Assembly: GCA_040954595.2 (NCBI GenBank)
Contig: CM082582.2
Location: forward strand, 434,001-498,000
DNA length: 64,000 bases
Source of the DNA: Balanoglossus misakiensis
Taxonomy: Eukaryota; Animalia; Hemichordata
Direction: 5' to 3'
Positions 1 to 13,300 of this stretch are shown in pieces; the stretch's first letter is position 1; each line of letters begins with the position of its first letter. A model generated the notes under the pieces. It made no database searches. It saw only the letters and a list, made by a program, of their open reading frames with translations, and was not told where the DNA came from. A program made the translations under genes and the position numbers.

Positions 1-3000
1 AAAGAGTTTATTTTTTATGATTTTTTAAAAATGTACCATTTTGTCAAAATATGGCCAAAATGGCTATTTTTTCTTGAATTCCGTCAATATCTCTGCATTT
101 TTGGAGTGGTGGAAAGTTTTAACATACAATCAACATGTCATATATGATCAGGGCACCAAATTCGAAGAACGAAGGTTTTTTTATTTTATTTTTCTAAAAA
201 TGACATTTTCAAGGAAAATTTGGTAAAACGCAATTTTGTCTGCAGTAAGCCAAATTAGACGGTCTTTTGTGGAATTTGTATCGATATATATATACGAAGA
301 GCATTCTATACTCCATCAGATTTCCGAAAATGTAGAAAACAGGTATTTTTTGTAATTTTCAAAAATTTACCATTTTGACCAAATTGTGGTTAAAATTGTT
401 ATTTTCGTGTTGAATGCCGCCAGTGTCACTGCTTTTAAAAGTCATAAAAACTTTTAACATGCAAGCAATTGCTTATATATGATCAGGCCACCGAATTAAA
501 AAAATAAAGAATGTTTTGCCTAAAAATGACCTTTTTGGTGCAAAAACGAATAAAACGCAATTTTCGTATTAAATCAGCTCATTCAGAGTGCATTTTTTAT
601 AATCAGCACCATTTTTACATATATTGGAAATTTCATACATCATCAGATATCCAAATATGAAAAAATGATTTAGATTTTAGATGATTGTCTAAAATTAGCT
701 GATATCTAATAAATGTAGTATTGAACCGTTCTGTCCCCCCCCCCCCCTACATTATATGCGGTACGCCGATGTCAGCTTACCCGGCAGTACTGCAGGCCGT
801 GCCCCCAAATAACGTCGGTGTTTGAAACGCCCTGGTTAAATTCGGGCTTTCTCTATAAATTGACAGGCAATAATGCAGTCCTACCCGAACAAATGTCGAG
901 TGTTGACCCGCTGTGACTTTCCCTCTTCGGTTTGCCCGAATTAGCCAACGTCTCTGTACTAATGTGTCGGGTCTTTTGCAGAGCCAGGCCGAAGGAAATC
1001 CGACTTGATCACCGTTGCTAACGAACGCTAGAGTCTGTCATGGTGTGCCGGGGTTTTAGTCGAGCCAGGCCGTAGGAGATCTGACTTGATCATCGTGGTC
1101 AATGTACGCGTGTTTCCGCTCTGAAGTGCCGGGGCTTCAGCTAAACCATGCCGTAGGAAATCCGACGTAATCACCGATGATAACTTACGCCAGTCTGTGT
1201 CATATAGAGCCGGTGCACCAGCCAAGTCACGCCGTAGGAAATCTGACTTGATCAACGTGGTCACTGTACGCCTGTTTCTGCTCTAGAGTGCCGGGGCTTC
1301 ATCTGAGCCAGGCCGTAGGAAACCCGACGTGATTACCGTTGTTAACTTACGCCAGTCTGTGTCCTATATATAGTGCCGGGGCATCAGCCGTGCCAGGCCG
1401 AAGGAAATGTGAGTAGATCAACGTGGTCTCTGTACGCGTGTTTCTGCTCTAGAGTGCCGGGGCTTTATCCAAGCCATGCCGTAGAAAATCTGACTTGATC
1501 ACCGTTGCTAACGTACGATAGTGTCTGTCATATTGTGACGGAGATGCTGTAGGAAATCTGAGTTGATGAACGGGAATTCAATGTTAGAAAACTCGTGTAG
1601 AAAGTATCTCTACCCGTTTGAAATTAAGAAAAGAATTTATTCTTATTTTTTTTCTAAAAATGACATTTTCAAGGAAAATTTGGTAAAACGCAATTTTGTC
1701 TGCAGTGAGCCAAATTAGATTGTCTTTTGTGGAATTTGTGTCGATATATACATACGAAGAGCATTCTATACTCCATCAGATTTCCGAAAATGTAGAAAAC
1801 AGGTATTTTTTGTAATTTTCAAAAATTTACCATTTTGACCAAATTATGGCTAAAATTGTTATTTTCGTGTTGAATGCCGCCAGTGTCACTGCTTTTAAAA
1901 GTCATAAAAACTTTTAACACACAAGCAATTGTTTATATATGATCAGGTCACCGAATTAAAAAAAATAAAGAATGTTTGGCCTAAAATTGACCTTTTTGGC
2001 GCAAAAACGAATAAAACGCAATTTTGTATTAAATAACCTCATTCAGAGTGCATTTTTTTTATAATCAGCACCATTTTTACATATAATGGAAATTTCATAC
2101 ATCACCAGATATCCAAATATGAAAAAATGATTTAGATTTTAGATGATTGTCCAAAATTAGCTGATATCTAATAAATGTAGTATTGAACCGTTCTGTTCCC
2201 CCCCCCCTCCCCTACATTATATGCGGTACGCCGATGTCAGCTTACCCGGCAGTACTGCAGGCCGTGCCCCCACCTAACGTCGGTGTTTGAAACGCCCTGG
2301 TTAAATTCGGGCTTTATCTATAAATTGACAGGCAATAATGCAGTCCTACCCGAACAAATGTCGAGTGTTGACACGCTGTGACTTTCCCTCTTCGGTTTGC
2401 CCGACTTAGCCGACGTCTTTGTACTAGAGTGTCGGGTCTTTTGCAGAGCCAGGCCGAAGGAAATCCGACTTGATCACCGTTGCTAACGAACGCTAGTGTC
2501 TGTCATGGTGTGCCGGGGTTTTAGTCGAGCCAGGCCGTAGGAGATCTGACTTGATCATCGTGGTCAATGTACGCGTGTTTCCGCTCTAAAGTGCCGGGGC
2601 TTCAGCTAAACCAGGCCGTAGGAAATCCGACGTAATCACCGTTGATAACTTACGCCAGTCTGTGTCATATAGAGCCGGTGCACCAGCCGAGTCACGCCGT
2701 AGGAAATCTGACTTGATCAACGTGGTCAATGTACGCCTGTTTCTGCTCTAGAGTGCCGGGGCTTCAGCTGAGCCAGGCCGTAGGAAACCCGACGTGATTA
2801 CAGTTGTTAACTTACGCCAGTCTGTGTCCTATATATAGTGCCGGGGCATCAGCCGTGCCAGGCCGAAGGAAATGTGAGTAGATCAACGTGGTCTCTGTAC
2901 GCGTGTTTCTGCTCTAGAGTGTCAGGGCTTTAGCAAAGCCATGCCGTAGGAAATCTGACTTGATCAACGTTGCTAGCGAACGCTAGTGTCTGTCATAGTG

Positions 3001-5343
3001 TGCCGGGGTTTTAGTCGAGCCAAGCCGTAGGAGATCAGACTTGATCAACGTGGTCTCTGTACGCGTGTTTCTGCTCTAGAGTGCCGGGGCTTTATCCAAC
3101 CCATGCCGTTGAAAATCTGACTTGATCACCGTTGCTAACGTACGCTAGTGTCTGTCATATTGTGACGAGATTTAGCCGAGCCAGGCCGTAGAAAAATCGA
3201 CTTGTTCAACGTTATCAGTGTGCAACTGTTTCTGCTCTAGAGTGTCAGGGTTTTAGCCGACTTATGCTGTAGGAAATCTGAGTTGATGAACGGGAATTCA
3301 ATGTTAGAAAACCCGTGTGGAAAGTATCTCTACCCGTTTGAAACTAAGAAAAGAATTTATTCTTATTTATTTTTTAAAAAAGACAATTTTTCGAAAACAA
3401 GTCGAAAATGGTAATTTTGTCTTGGGTGATTCAAATTATACCACATTTTCTGGAATTTGCAGCACTTTTTACAAGAGAACGACACTTCATGCTCCATAAT
3501 ATTTCCGAAAATGAAGAAAAGAGTTTATTTTTTATGATTTTTTAAAAATGTACCATTTTGTCAAAATATGGCCAAAATGGCTATTTTTTCTTGAATTCCG
3601 TCAATATCTCTGCATTTTTGGAGTGGTCGAAAGTTTTAACATACAATCAACATGTCATATATGATCAGGGCACCAAATTCGAAGAACGAAGGTTTTTTTA
3701 TTTTATTGTTCTAAAAATGACATTTTCAAGAAAAATTTGGTAAAACGCAATTTTGTCTGCAGTGAGCCAAATTAGACGGTCTTTTGTGGAATTTGTATCG
3801 ATATATATATACGAAGAGCATTCTATACTCCATCAGATTTCCGAAAATGTAGAAAACAGGTATTTTTTGTAATTTTCAAAAATTTACCATTTTGACCAAA
3901 TTGTGGTTAAAATTGTTATTTTCGTGTTGAATGCCGCCAGTGTCACTGCTTTTAAAAGTCATAAAAACTTTTAACATGCAAGCAATTGCTTATATATGAT
4001 CAGGCCACCGAATTAAAAAAATAAAGAATGTTTTGCCTAAAAATGACCTTTTTGGTGCAAAAACGAATAAAACGCAATTTTGTATTAAATCAGCTCATTC
4101 AGAGTGCATTTTTTATAATCAGCACCATTTTTACATATATTGGAAATTTCATACATCATCAGATATCCAAATATGAAAAAATGATTTAGATTTTAGATGA
4201 TTGTCCAAAATTAGCTGATATCTAATAAATGTAGTATTGAACCGTTCTGTCCCCCCCCCCCCTACATTATATGCGGTACGCCGATGTCAGCTTACCCGGC
4301 AGTACTGCAGGCCGTGCCCCCAAATAACGTCGGTGTTTGAAACGCCCTGGTTAAATTCGGGCTTTCTCTATAAATTGACAGGCAATAATACAGTCCTACC
4401 CGAACAAATGTCGAGTGTTGACCCGCTGTGACTTTCCCTCTTCGGTTTGCCCGACTTAGCCAACGTCTTTGTACTAATGTGTCGGGTCTTTTGCAGAGCC
4501 AGGCCGAAGGAAATCCGACTTGATCACCGTTGCTAACGAACGCTAGTGTCTGTCATGGTGTGCCGGGGTTTTAGTCGAGCCAGGCCGTAGGAGATCTGAC
4601 TTGATCATCGTGGTCAATGTACGCGTGTTTCCGCTCTAAAGTGCCGGGGCTTCAGCTAAACCATGCCGTAGGAAATCCGACGTAATCACCGTTGATAACT
4701 TACGCCAGTCTGTGTCATATAGAGCCGGTGCACCAGCCGAGTCACGCCGTAGGAAATCTGACTTGATCAACGTGGTCAATGTACGCCTGTTTCTGCTCTA
4801 GAGTGCCGGGGCTTCAGCTGAGCCAGGCCGTGGGAAACCCGACGTGATTACCGTTGTTAACTTACGCCAGTTTGTGTCCTATATATAGTGCCGGGGCATC
4901 AGCCGTGCCAGGCCGAAGGAAATGTGAGTAGATCAACGTGGTCTCTGTACGCGTGTTTCTGCTCTAGAGTGCCAGGGCTTTAGCCAAGCCATGCCGTAGG
5001 AAATCTAACTTGATCAACGTTGCTAACGAACGCTAATGTCTGTCATAGTGTGCCGGGGTTTTAGTCGAGCCAAGCCGTAGGAGATCAGACTTGATCAACG
5101 TGGTCTCTGTACGCGTGTTTCTGCTCTAGAGTGCCGGGGCTTTATCCAACCCATGCCGTAGAAAATCTGACTTGATCACCGTTGCTAACGTACGCTAGTG
5201 TCTGTCATATTGTGACGGAGATTTAGCCGAGCCAGGCCGTAGAAAAATCGACTTGTTCAACGTTACCAGTGTGCAACTGTTTCTGCTCTAGAGTGTCAGG
5301 GTTTTAGCCGACTTATGCTGTAGGAAATCTGAGTTGATGACGG

Positions 5344-6290
5344 GAATTCAATGTTAGAAAACCCGTGTGGAAAGTATCTCTACCCGTTTGAAACTAAGAA
5401 AAGAATTTATTCTTATTTATTTTGTAAAAAAGACAATTTTTCGAAAAAAAAGTCGAAAAATTGCAATTTTGTCTTGGGTGATTCAAATTATACCGCCTTT
5501 TCTGGAATTTGCAGCACTTTTTACAAGAGAACGACACTTCATGCTCCATAATATTTCCGAAAATGAAGAAAAGAGTTTATTTTTTATGATTTTTTAAAAA
5601 TGTACCATTTTGTCAAAATATGGCCAAAATGGCTATTTTTTCTTGAATTCCGTCAATATCTCTGCATTTTTGGAGTAGTCGAAAGTTTTAACATACAATC
5701 AACATGTCATATATGATCAGGGCACCAAATTCGAAGAACGAAGGTTTTTTTATTTTATTTTTCTAAAAATGACATTTTCAAGAAAAATTTGGTAAAACGC
5801 AATTTTGTCTGCAGTGAGCCAAATTAGACGGTCTTTTGTGGAATTTGTATCGATATATATATACGAAGAGCATTCTATACTCCATCAGATTTCCGAAAAT
5901 GTAGAAAACAGGTATCTTTTGTAATTTTCAAAAATTTACCATTTTGACCAAATTGTGGTTAAAATTGTTATTTTCGTGTTGAATGCCGCCAGTGTCACTG
6001 CTTTTAAAAGTCATAAAAACTTTTAACATGCAAGCAATTGCTTATATATGATCAGGCCACCGAATTAAAAAAATAAAGAATGTTTTGCCTAAAAATGACC
6101 TTTTTGGTGCAAAAACGAATAAAACGCAATTTTGTATTAAATCAGCTCATTCAGAGTGCATTTTTTATAATCAGCACCATTTTTACATATATTGGAAATT
6201 TCATACATCATCAGATATCCAAATATGAAAAAATGATTTAGATTTTAGATGATTGTCCAAAATTAGCTGATATCTAATAAATGTAGTATT
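5344..6290. repeat. AT-rich sub-array of the unit: ~2.7 diverged copies of a ~335-bp repeat, itself a dimer of ~168-bp halves (example copy)
   Basis: tttccgaaaatg at ~5555 and ~5890 and tatatgatcagg at ~5710 and ~6045 give a 335-bp period. atggtaattttgtcttgggt (~3408) versus atggctattttttcttgaat (~3577) gives a ~169-bp half period. Dense A/T tracts throughout. Confidence 0.8.
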
Positions 6291-6554
6291 GAACCGTTCT
6301 GTCCCCCCCCCCCTACATTATATGCGGTACGCCGATGTCAGCTTACCCGGCAGTACTGCAGGCCGTGCCCCCAAATAACGTCGGTGTTTGAAACGCCCTG
6401 GTTAAATTCGGGCTTTCTCTATAAATTGACAGGCAATAATACAGTCCTACCCGAACAAATGTCGAGTGTTGACCCGCTGTGACTTTCCCTCTTCGGTTTG
6501 CCCGACTTAGCCAACGTCTTTGTACTAATGTGTCGGGTCTTTTGCAGAGCCAGG

Positions 6555-7390
6555 CCGAAGGAAATCCGACTTGATCACCGTTGCTAACGAACGCTAGTGT
6601 CTGTCATGGTGTGCCGGGGTTTTAGTCGAGCCAGGCCGTAGGAGATCTGACTTGATCATCGTGGTCAATGTACGCGTGTTTCCGCTCTAAAGTGCCGGGG
6701 CTTCAGCTAAACCATGCCGTAGGAAATCCGACGTAATCACCGTTGATAACTTACGCCAGTCTGTGTCATATAGAGCCGGTGCACCAGCCGAGTCACGCCG
6801 TAGGAAATCTTACTTGATCAACGTGGTCAATGTACGCCTGTTTCTGCTCTAGAGTGCCGGGGCTTCAGCTGAGCCAGGCCGTGGGAAACCCGACGTGATT
6901 ACCGTTGTTAACTTACGCCAGTTTGTGTCCTATATATAGTGCCGGGGCATCAGCCGTGCCAGGCCGAAGGAAATGTGAGTAGATCAACGTGGTCTCTGTA
7001 CGCGTGTTTCTGCTCTAGAGTGCCAGGGCTTTAGCCAAGCCATGCCGTAGGAAATCTAACTTGATCAACGTTGCTAACGAACGCTAATGTCTGTCATAGT
7101 GTGCCGGGGTTTTAGTCGAGCCAAGCCGTAGGAGATCAGACTTGATCAACGTGGTCTCTGTACGCGTGTTTCTGCTCTAGAGTGCCGGGGCTTTATCCAA
7201 CCCATGCCGTAGAAAATCTGACTTGATCACCGTTGCTAACGTACGCTAGTGTCTGTCATATTGTGACGGAGATTTAGCCGAGCCAGGCCGTAGAAAAATC
7301 GACTTGTTCAACGTTACCAGTGTGCAACTGTTTCTGCTCTAGAGTGTCAGGGTTTTAGCCGACTTATGCTGTAGGAAATCTGAGTTGATG
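6555..7390. repeat. GC-rich sub-array of the unit: ten 81-bp monomers of alternating B/A type (162-bp dimers) plus a partial monomer (example copy)
   Basis: In the preceding unit the ccg(t/a)(a/g)gg anchor lies at 4504, 4585, 4666, 4747, 4828, 4913, 4994, i.e. 81-bp steps with one of 85. B type reads 'gttgctaacgaacgctagtgtctgtcat'; A type reads 'gtggtc..tgtacgcgtgtttctgctctagag'. Confidence 0.93.
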
Positions 7391-10300
7391 ACGGGAATTC
7401 AATGTTAGAAAACCCGTGTGGAAAGTATCTCTACCCGTTTGAAACTAAGAAAAGAATTTATTCTTATTTATTTTGTAAAAAAGACAATTTTTCGAAAAAA
7501 AGTCGAAAAATTGCAATTTTGTCTTGGGTGATTCAAATTATACCGCCTTTTCTGGAATTTGCAGCACTTTTTACAAGAGAACGACACTTCATGCTCCATA
7601 ATATTTCCGAAAATGAAGAAAAGAGTTTATTTTTTATGATTTTTTAAAAATGTACCATTTTGTCAAAATATGGCCAAAATGGCTATTTTTTCTTGAATTC
7701 CGTCAATATCTCTGCATTTTTGGAGTGGTCGAAAGTTTTAACATACAATCAACATGTCATATATGATCAGGGCACCAAATTCGAAGAACGAAGGTTTTTT
7801 TATTTTATTTTTCTAAAAATGACATTTTCAAGAAAAATTTGGTAAAACGCAATTTTGTCTGCAGTGAGCCAAATTAGACGGTCTTTTGTGGAATTTGTAT
7901 CGATATATATATACGAAGAGCATTCTATACTCCATCAGATTTCCGAAAATGTAGAAAACAGGTATCTTTTGTAATTTTCAAAAATTTACCATTTTGACCA
8001 AATTGTGGTTAAAATTGTTATTTTCGTGTTGAATGCCGCCAGTGTCACTGCTTTTAAAAGTCATAAAAACTTTTAACATGCAAGCAATTGCTTATATATG
8101 ATCAGGCCACCGAATTAAAAAAATAAAGAATGTTTTGCCTAAAAATGACCTTTTTGGTGCAAAAACGAATAAAACGCAATTTTGTATTCAATCAGCTCAT
8201 TCAGAGTGCATTTTTTATAATCAGCACCATTTTTACATATATTGAAAATTTCATACATCATCAGATATCCAAATATGAAAAAATGATTTAGATTTTAGAT
8301 GATTGTCCAAAATTAGCTGATATCTAATAAATGTAGTATTGAACCGTTCTGTCCCCCCCCCCCCTACATTATATGCGGTACGCCGATGTCAGCTTACCCG
8401 GCAGTACTGCAGGCCGTGCCCCCAAATAACGTCGGTGTTTGAAACGCCCTGGTTAAATTCGGGCTTTCTCTATAAATTGACAGGCAATAATGCAGTCCTA
8501 CCCGAACAAATGTCGAGTGTTGACCCGCTGTGACTTTCCCTCTTCGGTTTGCCCGACTTAGCCAACGTCTTTGTACTAATGTGTCGGGTCTTTTGCAGAG
8601 CCAGGCCGAAGGAAATCCGACTTGATCACCGTTGCTAACGAACGCTAGTGTCTGTCATGGTGTGCCGGGGTTTTAGTCGAGCCAGGCCGTAGGAGATCTG
8701 ACTTGATCATCGTGGTCAATGTACGCGTGTTTCCGCTCTAAAGTGCCGGGGCTTCAGCTAAACCATGCCGTAGGAAATCCGACGTAATCACCGTTGATAA
8801 CTTACGCCAGTCTGTGTCATATAGAGCCGGTGCACCAGCCGAATCACGCCGTAGGAAATCTGACTTGATCAACGTGGTCAATGTACGCCTGTTTCTGCTC
8901 TAGAGTGTCAGGGTTTTAGCCGACTTATGCTGTAGGAAATCTGAGTTGATGAACGGGAATTCAATGTTAGAAAACCCGTGTGGAAAGTATCTCTTCCCGT
9001 TTGAAACTAAGAAAAGAATTTATTCTTATTTATTTTGTTAAAAAGACAATTTTTCGAAAAAAGGTCGAAAATGGTAATTTTGTCTTGGGTGATTCAAATT
9101 ATACCACCTTTTCTGGAATTTGCAGCACTTTTTACAAGAGAACGACACTTCATGCTCCATAATATTTCCGAAAATGAAGAAAATAGTTAATTTTTTATGA
9201 TTTTTTAAAAATTTACCATTTTTGTCAAAATATGGCCAAAATGGCTATTTTTTCTTGAATTCCGTCAATATCTCTGCATTTTTGGAGTGGTCGAAAGTTT
9301 TAACATACAATCAACATGTCATATATGATCAGGGCACCACATTTGAAGAACAAAGGTTTTTTTATTTTTTTTTCTAAAAATGACATTTTCAAGGAAAATT
9401 TGGTAAAACGCAATTTTGTCTGCAGTGAGCCAAATTAGACGGTCTTTTGTGGAATTTGTATCGATATATACATACGAAGAGCATTCTATACTCCATCAGA
9501 TTTCCAAAAATGTAGAAAACAGGTATTTTTTGTAAATTTCAAAAATTTACCATTTTGACCAAATTGTGGCTAAAATTGTTATTTTCGTGTTGAATGCCGC
9601 CAGTGTCACTGCTTTTAAAAGTCATAAAAACTTTTAACATACAAGCAATTGCTTATATATGATCAGGCCACCGAATTAAAAAAATAAAGAATGTTTTGCC
9701 TAAAAATGACCTTTTTGGTGCAAAAACGAATAAAACGCAATCTTGTATTAAATCAGCTCATTCAGAGTGCATTTTTATAATCAGCACCATTTTTACATAT
9801 AATGGAAATTTCATACATCATCAGATATCCAAATATGAAAAGATGATTTAGATTTTAGATGATTGTCCAAAATAAGCTGATATCTGATAAATGTAGTATT
9901 GAACCGTTCTGTTTCTCCCCCCCCCCTACATTATATGCGGTACGCCGATGTCACCTTACCCGGCAGTACTGCAGGCCGTGCCCCCAACTAACGTCGGTGT
10001 TTGAAGCGCCCTGGTTAAATTCGGGCTTTCTCTATAAATTAACAGGCAATAATGCAGTCCTACCCGAACAAATGTCGAGTGTTGACCCGCTGTGACTTTC
10101 CCTCTTCGGTTTGCCCGACTTAGCCAACGTCTTTGTACTAGAGGGTCGGGTCTTTTGCCGAGCCAGGCCGAAGGAAATCCGACTTGATCACCGTTGCTAA
10201 CGAACGCTAGTGTCTGTCATGGTGTGCCGGGGTTTTAGTCGAACCAGGCCGTAGGAAATCTGACTTGATCAACGTGGTCAATGTACGCCTGTTTCTGCTC

Positions 10301-13300
10301 TAGAGTGCCGAGGCTTCAGCTGAGCCAGGCCGTAGGAAACCCGACGTGATTACCGTTGTTAACTTACGCCAGTCTGTGTCCTATATATACTGCCGGGGCA
10401 TCAGCCGTGCCAGGCCGAAGGAAATGTGAGTAGATCAACTTGGTTTCTGTACGCGTGTTTCTGCTCTAGAGTGCCAGGGCTTTAGCCAAGCCATGCCGTA
10501 GGAAATCTGACTTGATCAACGTTGCTAACGAACGCTAGTGTCTGTCATATTGTGACGGAGATTTAGCCGAGACAGGCCGTAGAAAAATCGACTTGTTCAA
10601 CGTTACCAGTGTGCAACTGTTTCTGCTCTAGAGTGTCAGGGTTTTAGCCGACTTATGCTGTAGGAAATCTGAGTTGATGAATGGGAATTCAATGTTTAAA
10701 AACCTGTGTGGAAAGTGTCTCTACCCTTTTGAAACTAAGAAAAGAATTTATTCTTATTTATTTTGAAAAAATCACAATTTTTCGAAAAAAAGTCGAAAAT
10801 GGTAATTTTGTCATGGGTGATTCAAATTATACCGCCTTTTCTGGAATTTGCAGCACTTTTTACAAGAGAACGACACTTCATGCTCCATAATATTTCCGAA
10901 AATGAAGAAAAGAGTTAATTTTTTATGATTTTTTAAAAATTTACAATTTTTGTCAAAATATGGCCAAAATGGCTATTTTTTCTTGAATTCCGTCAATATC
11001 TCTGCATTTTTGGAGTGGTCGAAAGTTTTAACATACAATCAAAATGTCATATATGATCAGGGCACCACATTCGATGAACAAAGGTTTTTTTTTATTTTGT
11101 TTTCTAAAAATGACATTTTCAAGGAAAATTTGGTAAAACGCAATTTTGTCTGTAGTGAGCCAAATTGGCCGTTTTTTTGTGGAATTTGTATCGATATATG
11201 TATACGAAGAGCATTCTATACTCCATCAGATTTCCGAAAATGTAGAAAACAGGTATTTTTTGTAATTTTCAAAAATTTACCATTTTGACCGAATTGTGGC
11301 TAAAATTGTTATTTTCGCGTTGAATGCCGCCAGTGTCACTGCTTTTAAAAGTCATTAAAACTTTTAACATACAAGCAATTGTTTATATATGATCAGGTCA
11401 CCTAATTTAAAGAATAAAGAATGTTTTCCCTAAAAATGACCTTTTTGGTGCAAAAACGAATAAAACGCAATTTTGTATTAAATCAGCTCATTCAGAGTGC
11501 ATTTTTTATAATCAGCACCATTTTTACATATAATGGAAATTTCATACATCATCAGATATCCAAATATGAAAAAATGATTTAGATTTTAGATGATTGTCCA
11601 AAAGTAGCTGATATCTAATAAATGTAGTATTGAACCGTTCTGTCCCCCCCCCCTACATTACATGCGGTACGCCGATGTCAGCTTACCCATCAGTACTGCA
11701 GGCCGTGCCCACAACTAACGTCGGTGTTTGAAACGCCCTGGTTAAATTCGGGCTTTCTCTATAAATTGACAGGCAATAATGTAGTCCTACCGGAACAAAT
11801 GTCGAGTGTTGACCCGCTGTGACTTTCCCTCTTCGGTTTGCCCGACTTAGCCAACGTCTTTGTACTAGAGTGTCGGGTCTTTTGCAGAGCCAGGCCGAAG
11901 GAAATCCGACTTGATCACCGTTGCTAACGAACGCTAGTGTCTGTCATGGTGTGCCGGGGTTTTAGTCGAGCCAGGCCGTAGGAGATCTGACTTGATCATC
12001 GTGGTCAATGTACGCGTGTTTCCGCTCTAAAGTGCCGGGGCTTCAGCTAAACCAGGCCGTATGAAATCCGACGTAATCACCGTTGATAACTTACGCCAGT
12101 CTGTGTCATATAGAGCCGGTGTACCAGCCGAGTCACGCCGTAGGAAATCTTACTTGATCAACGTGGTCAATGTACGCCTGTTTCTGCTCTAGAGAGCCGG
12201 GGCTTCAGCTGAGCCAGGCCGTGGGAAACCCGACGTGATTACCGTTGTTAACTTACGCCAGTTTGTGTCCTATATATAGTGCCGGGGCATCAGCCGTGCC
12301 AGGCCGAAGGAAATGTGAGTAGATCAACGTGGTCTCTGTACGCGTGTTTCTGCTCTAGAGTGCCAGGGCTTTAGCCAAGCCATGCCGTAGGAAATCTGAC
12401 TTGATCAACGTTGCTAACGAACGCTAATGTCTGTCATAGTGTGCCGGGGTTTTAGTCGAGCCAAGCCGTAGGAGATCAGACTTGATCAACGTGGTCTCTG
12501 TACGCGTGTTTCTGCTCTAGAGTGCCGGGGCTTTATCCAAGCCATGCCGTAGAAAATCTGACTTGATCACCGTTGCTAACGTACGCTAGTGTCTGTCATA
12601 TTGTGACGGAGATTTAGCCGAGCCAGGCCGTAGAAAAATCGACTTGTTCAACGTTACCAGTGTGCAACTGTTTCTGCTCTAGAGTGTCAGGGTTTTAGCC
12701 GACTTATGCTGTAGGAAATCTGAGTTGATGAACGGGAATTCAATGTTAGAAATCCGTGTGGAAAGTATCTCTACCCGTTTGGAACTAAGAAAAGAATTTA
12801 TTCTTATTTATTTTGTAAAAAAACAATATTTCGAAAAAAAGTCGAAAATGGCAATTTTGTCTTGGGTGATTCAAATTATACCGCCTTTTCTGGAATTTGC
12901 AGCACTTTTTACAAGAGAACGACACTTCATGCTCCAAAATATTTCCGAAAATGAAGAAAAGAGTTAATTTTTTATGATTTTTCAAAAATTTACCATTTTT
13001 GTCAAAATATGGCCAAAATGGCTATTTTTCTTGAATTCCGTCAATATCTCAGCATTTTTGGAGTAGTCGAGAGTTTTAACATACAATCAACATGTCATAT
13101 ATGATCAGGGCACCAAATTCGAAGAACAAAGGTTTTTTTTTTTTTTTTCTAAAAATGACATTTTCAAGGAAAATTTGGTAAAACGCAATTTTGTCTGCAG
13201 TGAGCCAAATTAGACGGTCTTTTGTGGAATTTGTATCATTATATACATACGAAGAGCATTCTTTACTCCATCAGATTTCCGAAAATGTAGAAAACAGGTA

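Larger units (their letters stand above)
5344..7394. repeat. One representative complete macrosatellite unit (2051 bp)
   Basis: Runs from gaattcaatgttagaaaaccc at 5344 to the next copy at 7395; near-identical to its neighbouring units. Confidence 0.95.

Noticed and set aside
615-660. Minus-strand CTGATGA-tgtat-GAAA resembling a hammerhead ribozyme core, present in most units
   Set aside because: No helix II can form between CTGATGA and GAAA, helix III is absent, and the paralogous 335-bp copies lack the motif. An Infernal search with hammerhead models would settle it.
720-980. Possible snRNA, 5S or SL RNA gene in the unique linker, as in many ~2-kb tandem arrays targeted by Tx1 elements
   Set aside because: I recognise no U-snRNA, 5S or tRNA sequence on either strand. 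It is not excluded without an Rfam scan.
4747-4828. Pol III A-box-like (tggctcagctg) and B-box-like (gatcaagtc) matches on the minus strand of the 81-bp monomer, suggesting tRNA origin
   Set aside because: Anticodon, T and acceptor stems do not pair convincingly, and short box matches arise by chance. tRNAscan-SE would be decisive.
4504-5340. CRISPR-like regular repeat spacing in the GC block
   Set aside because: The sequences between conserved cores are homologous to each other rather than unique spacers, there are no cas genes, and the context is eukaryotic.
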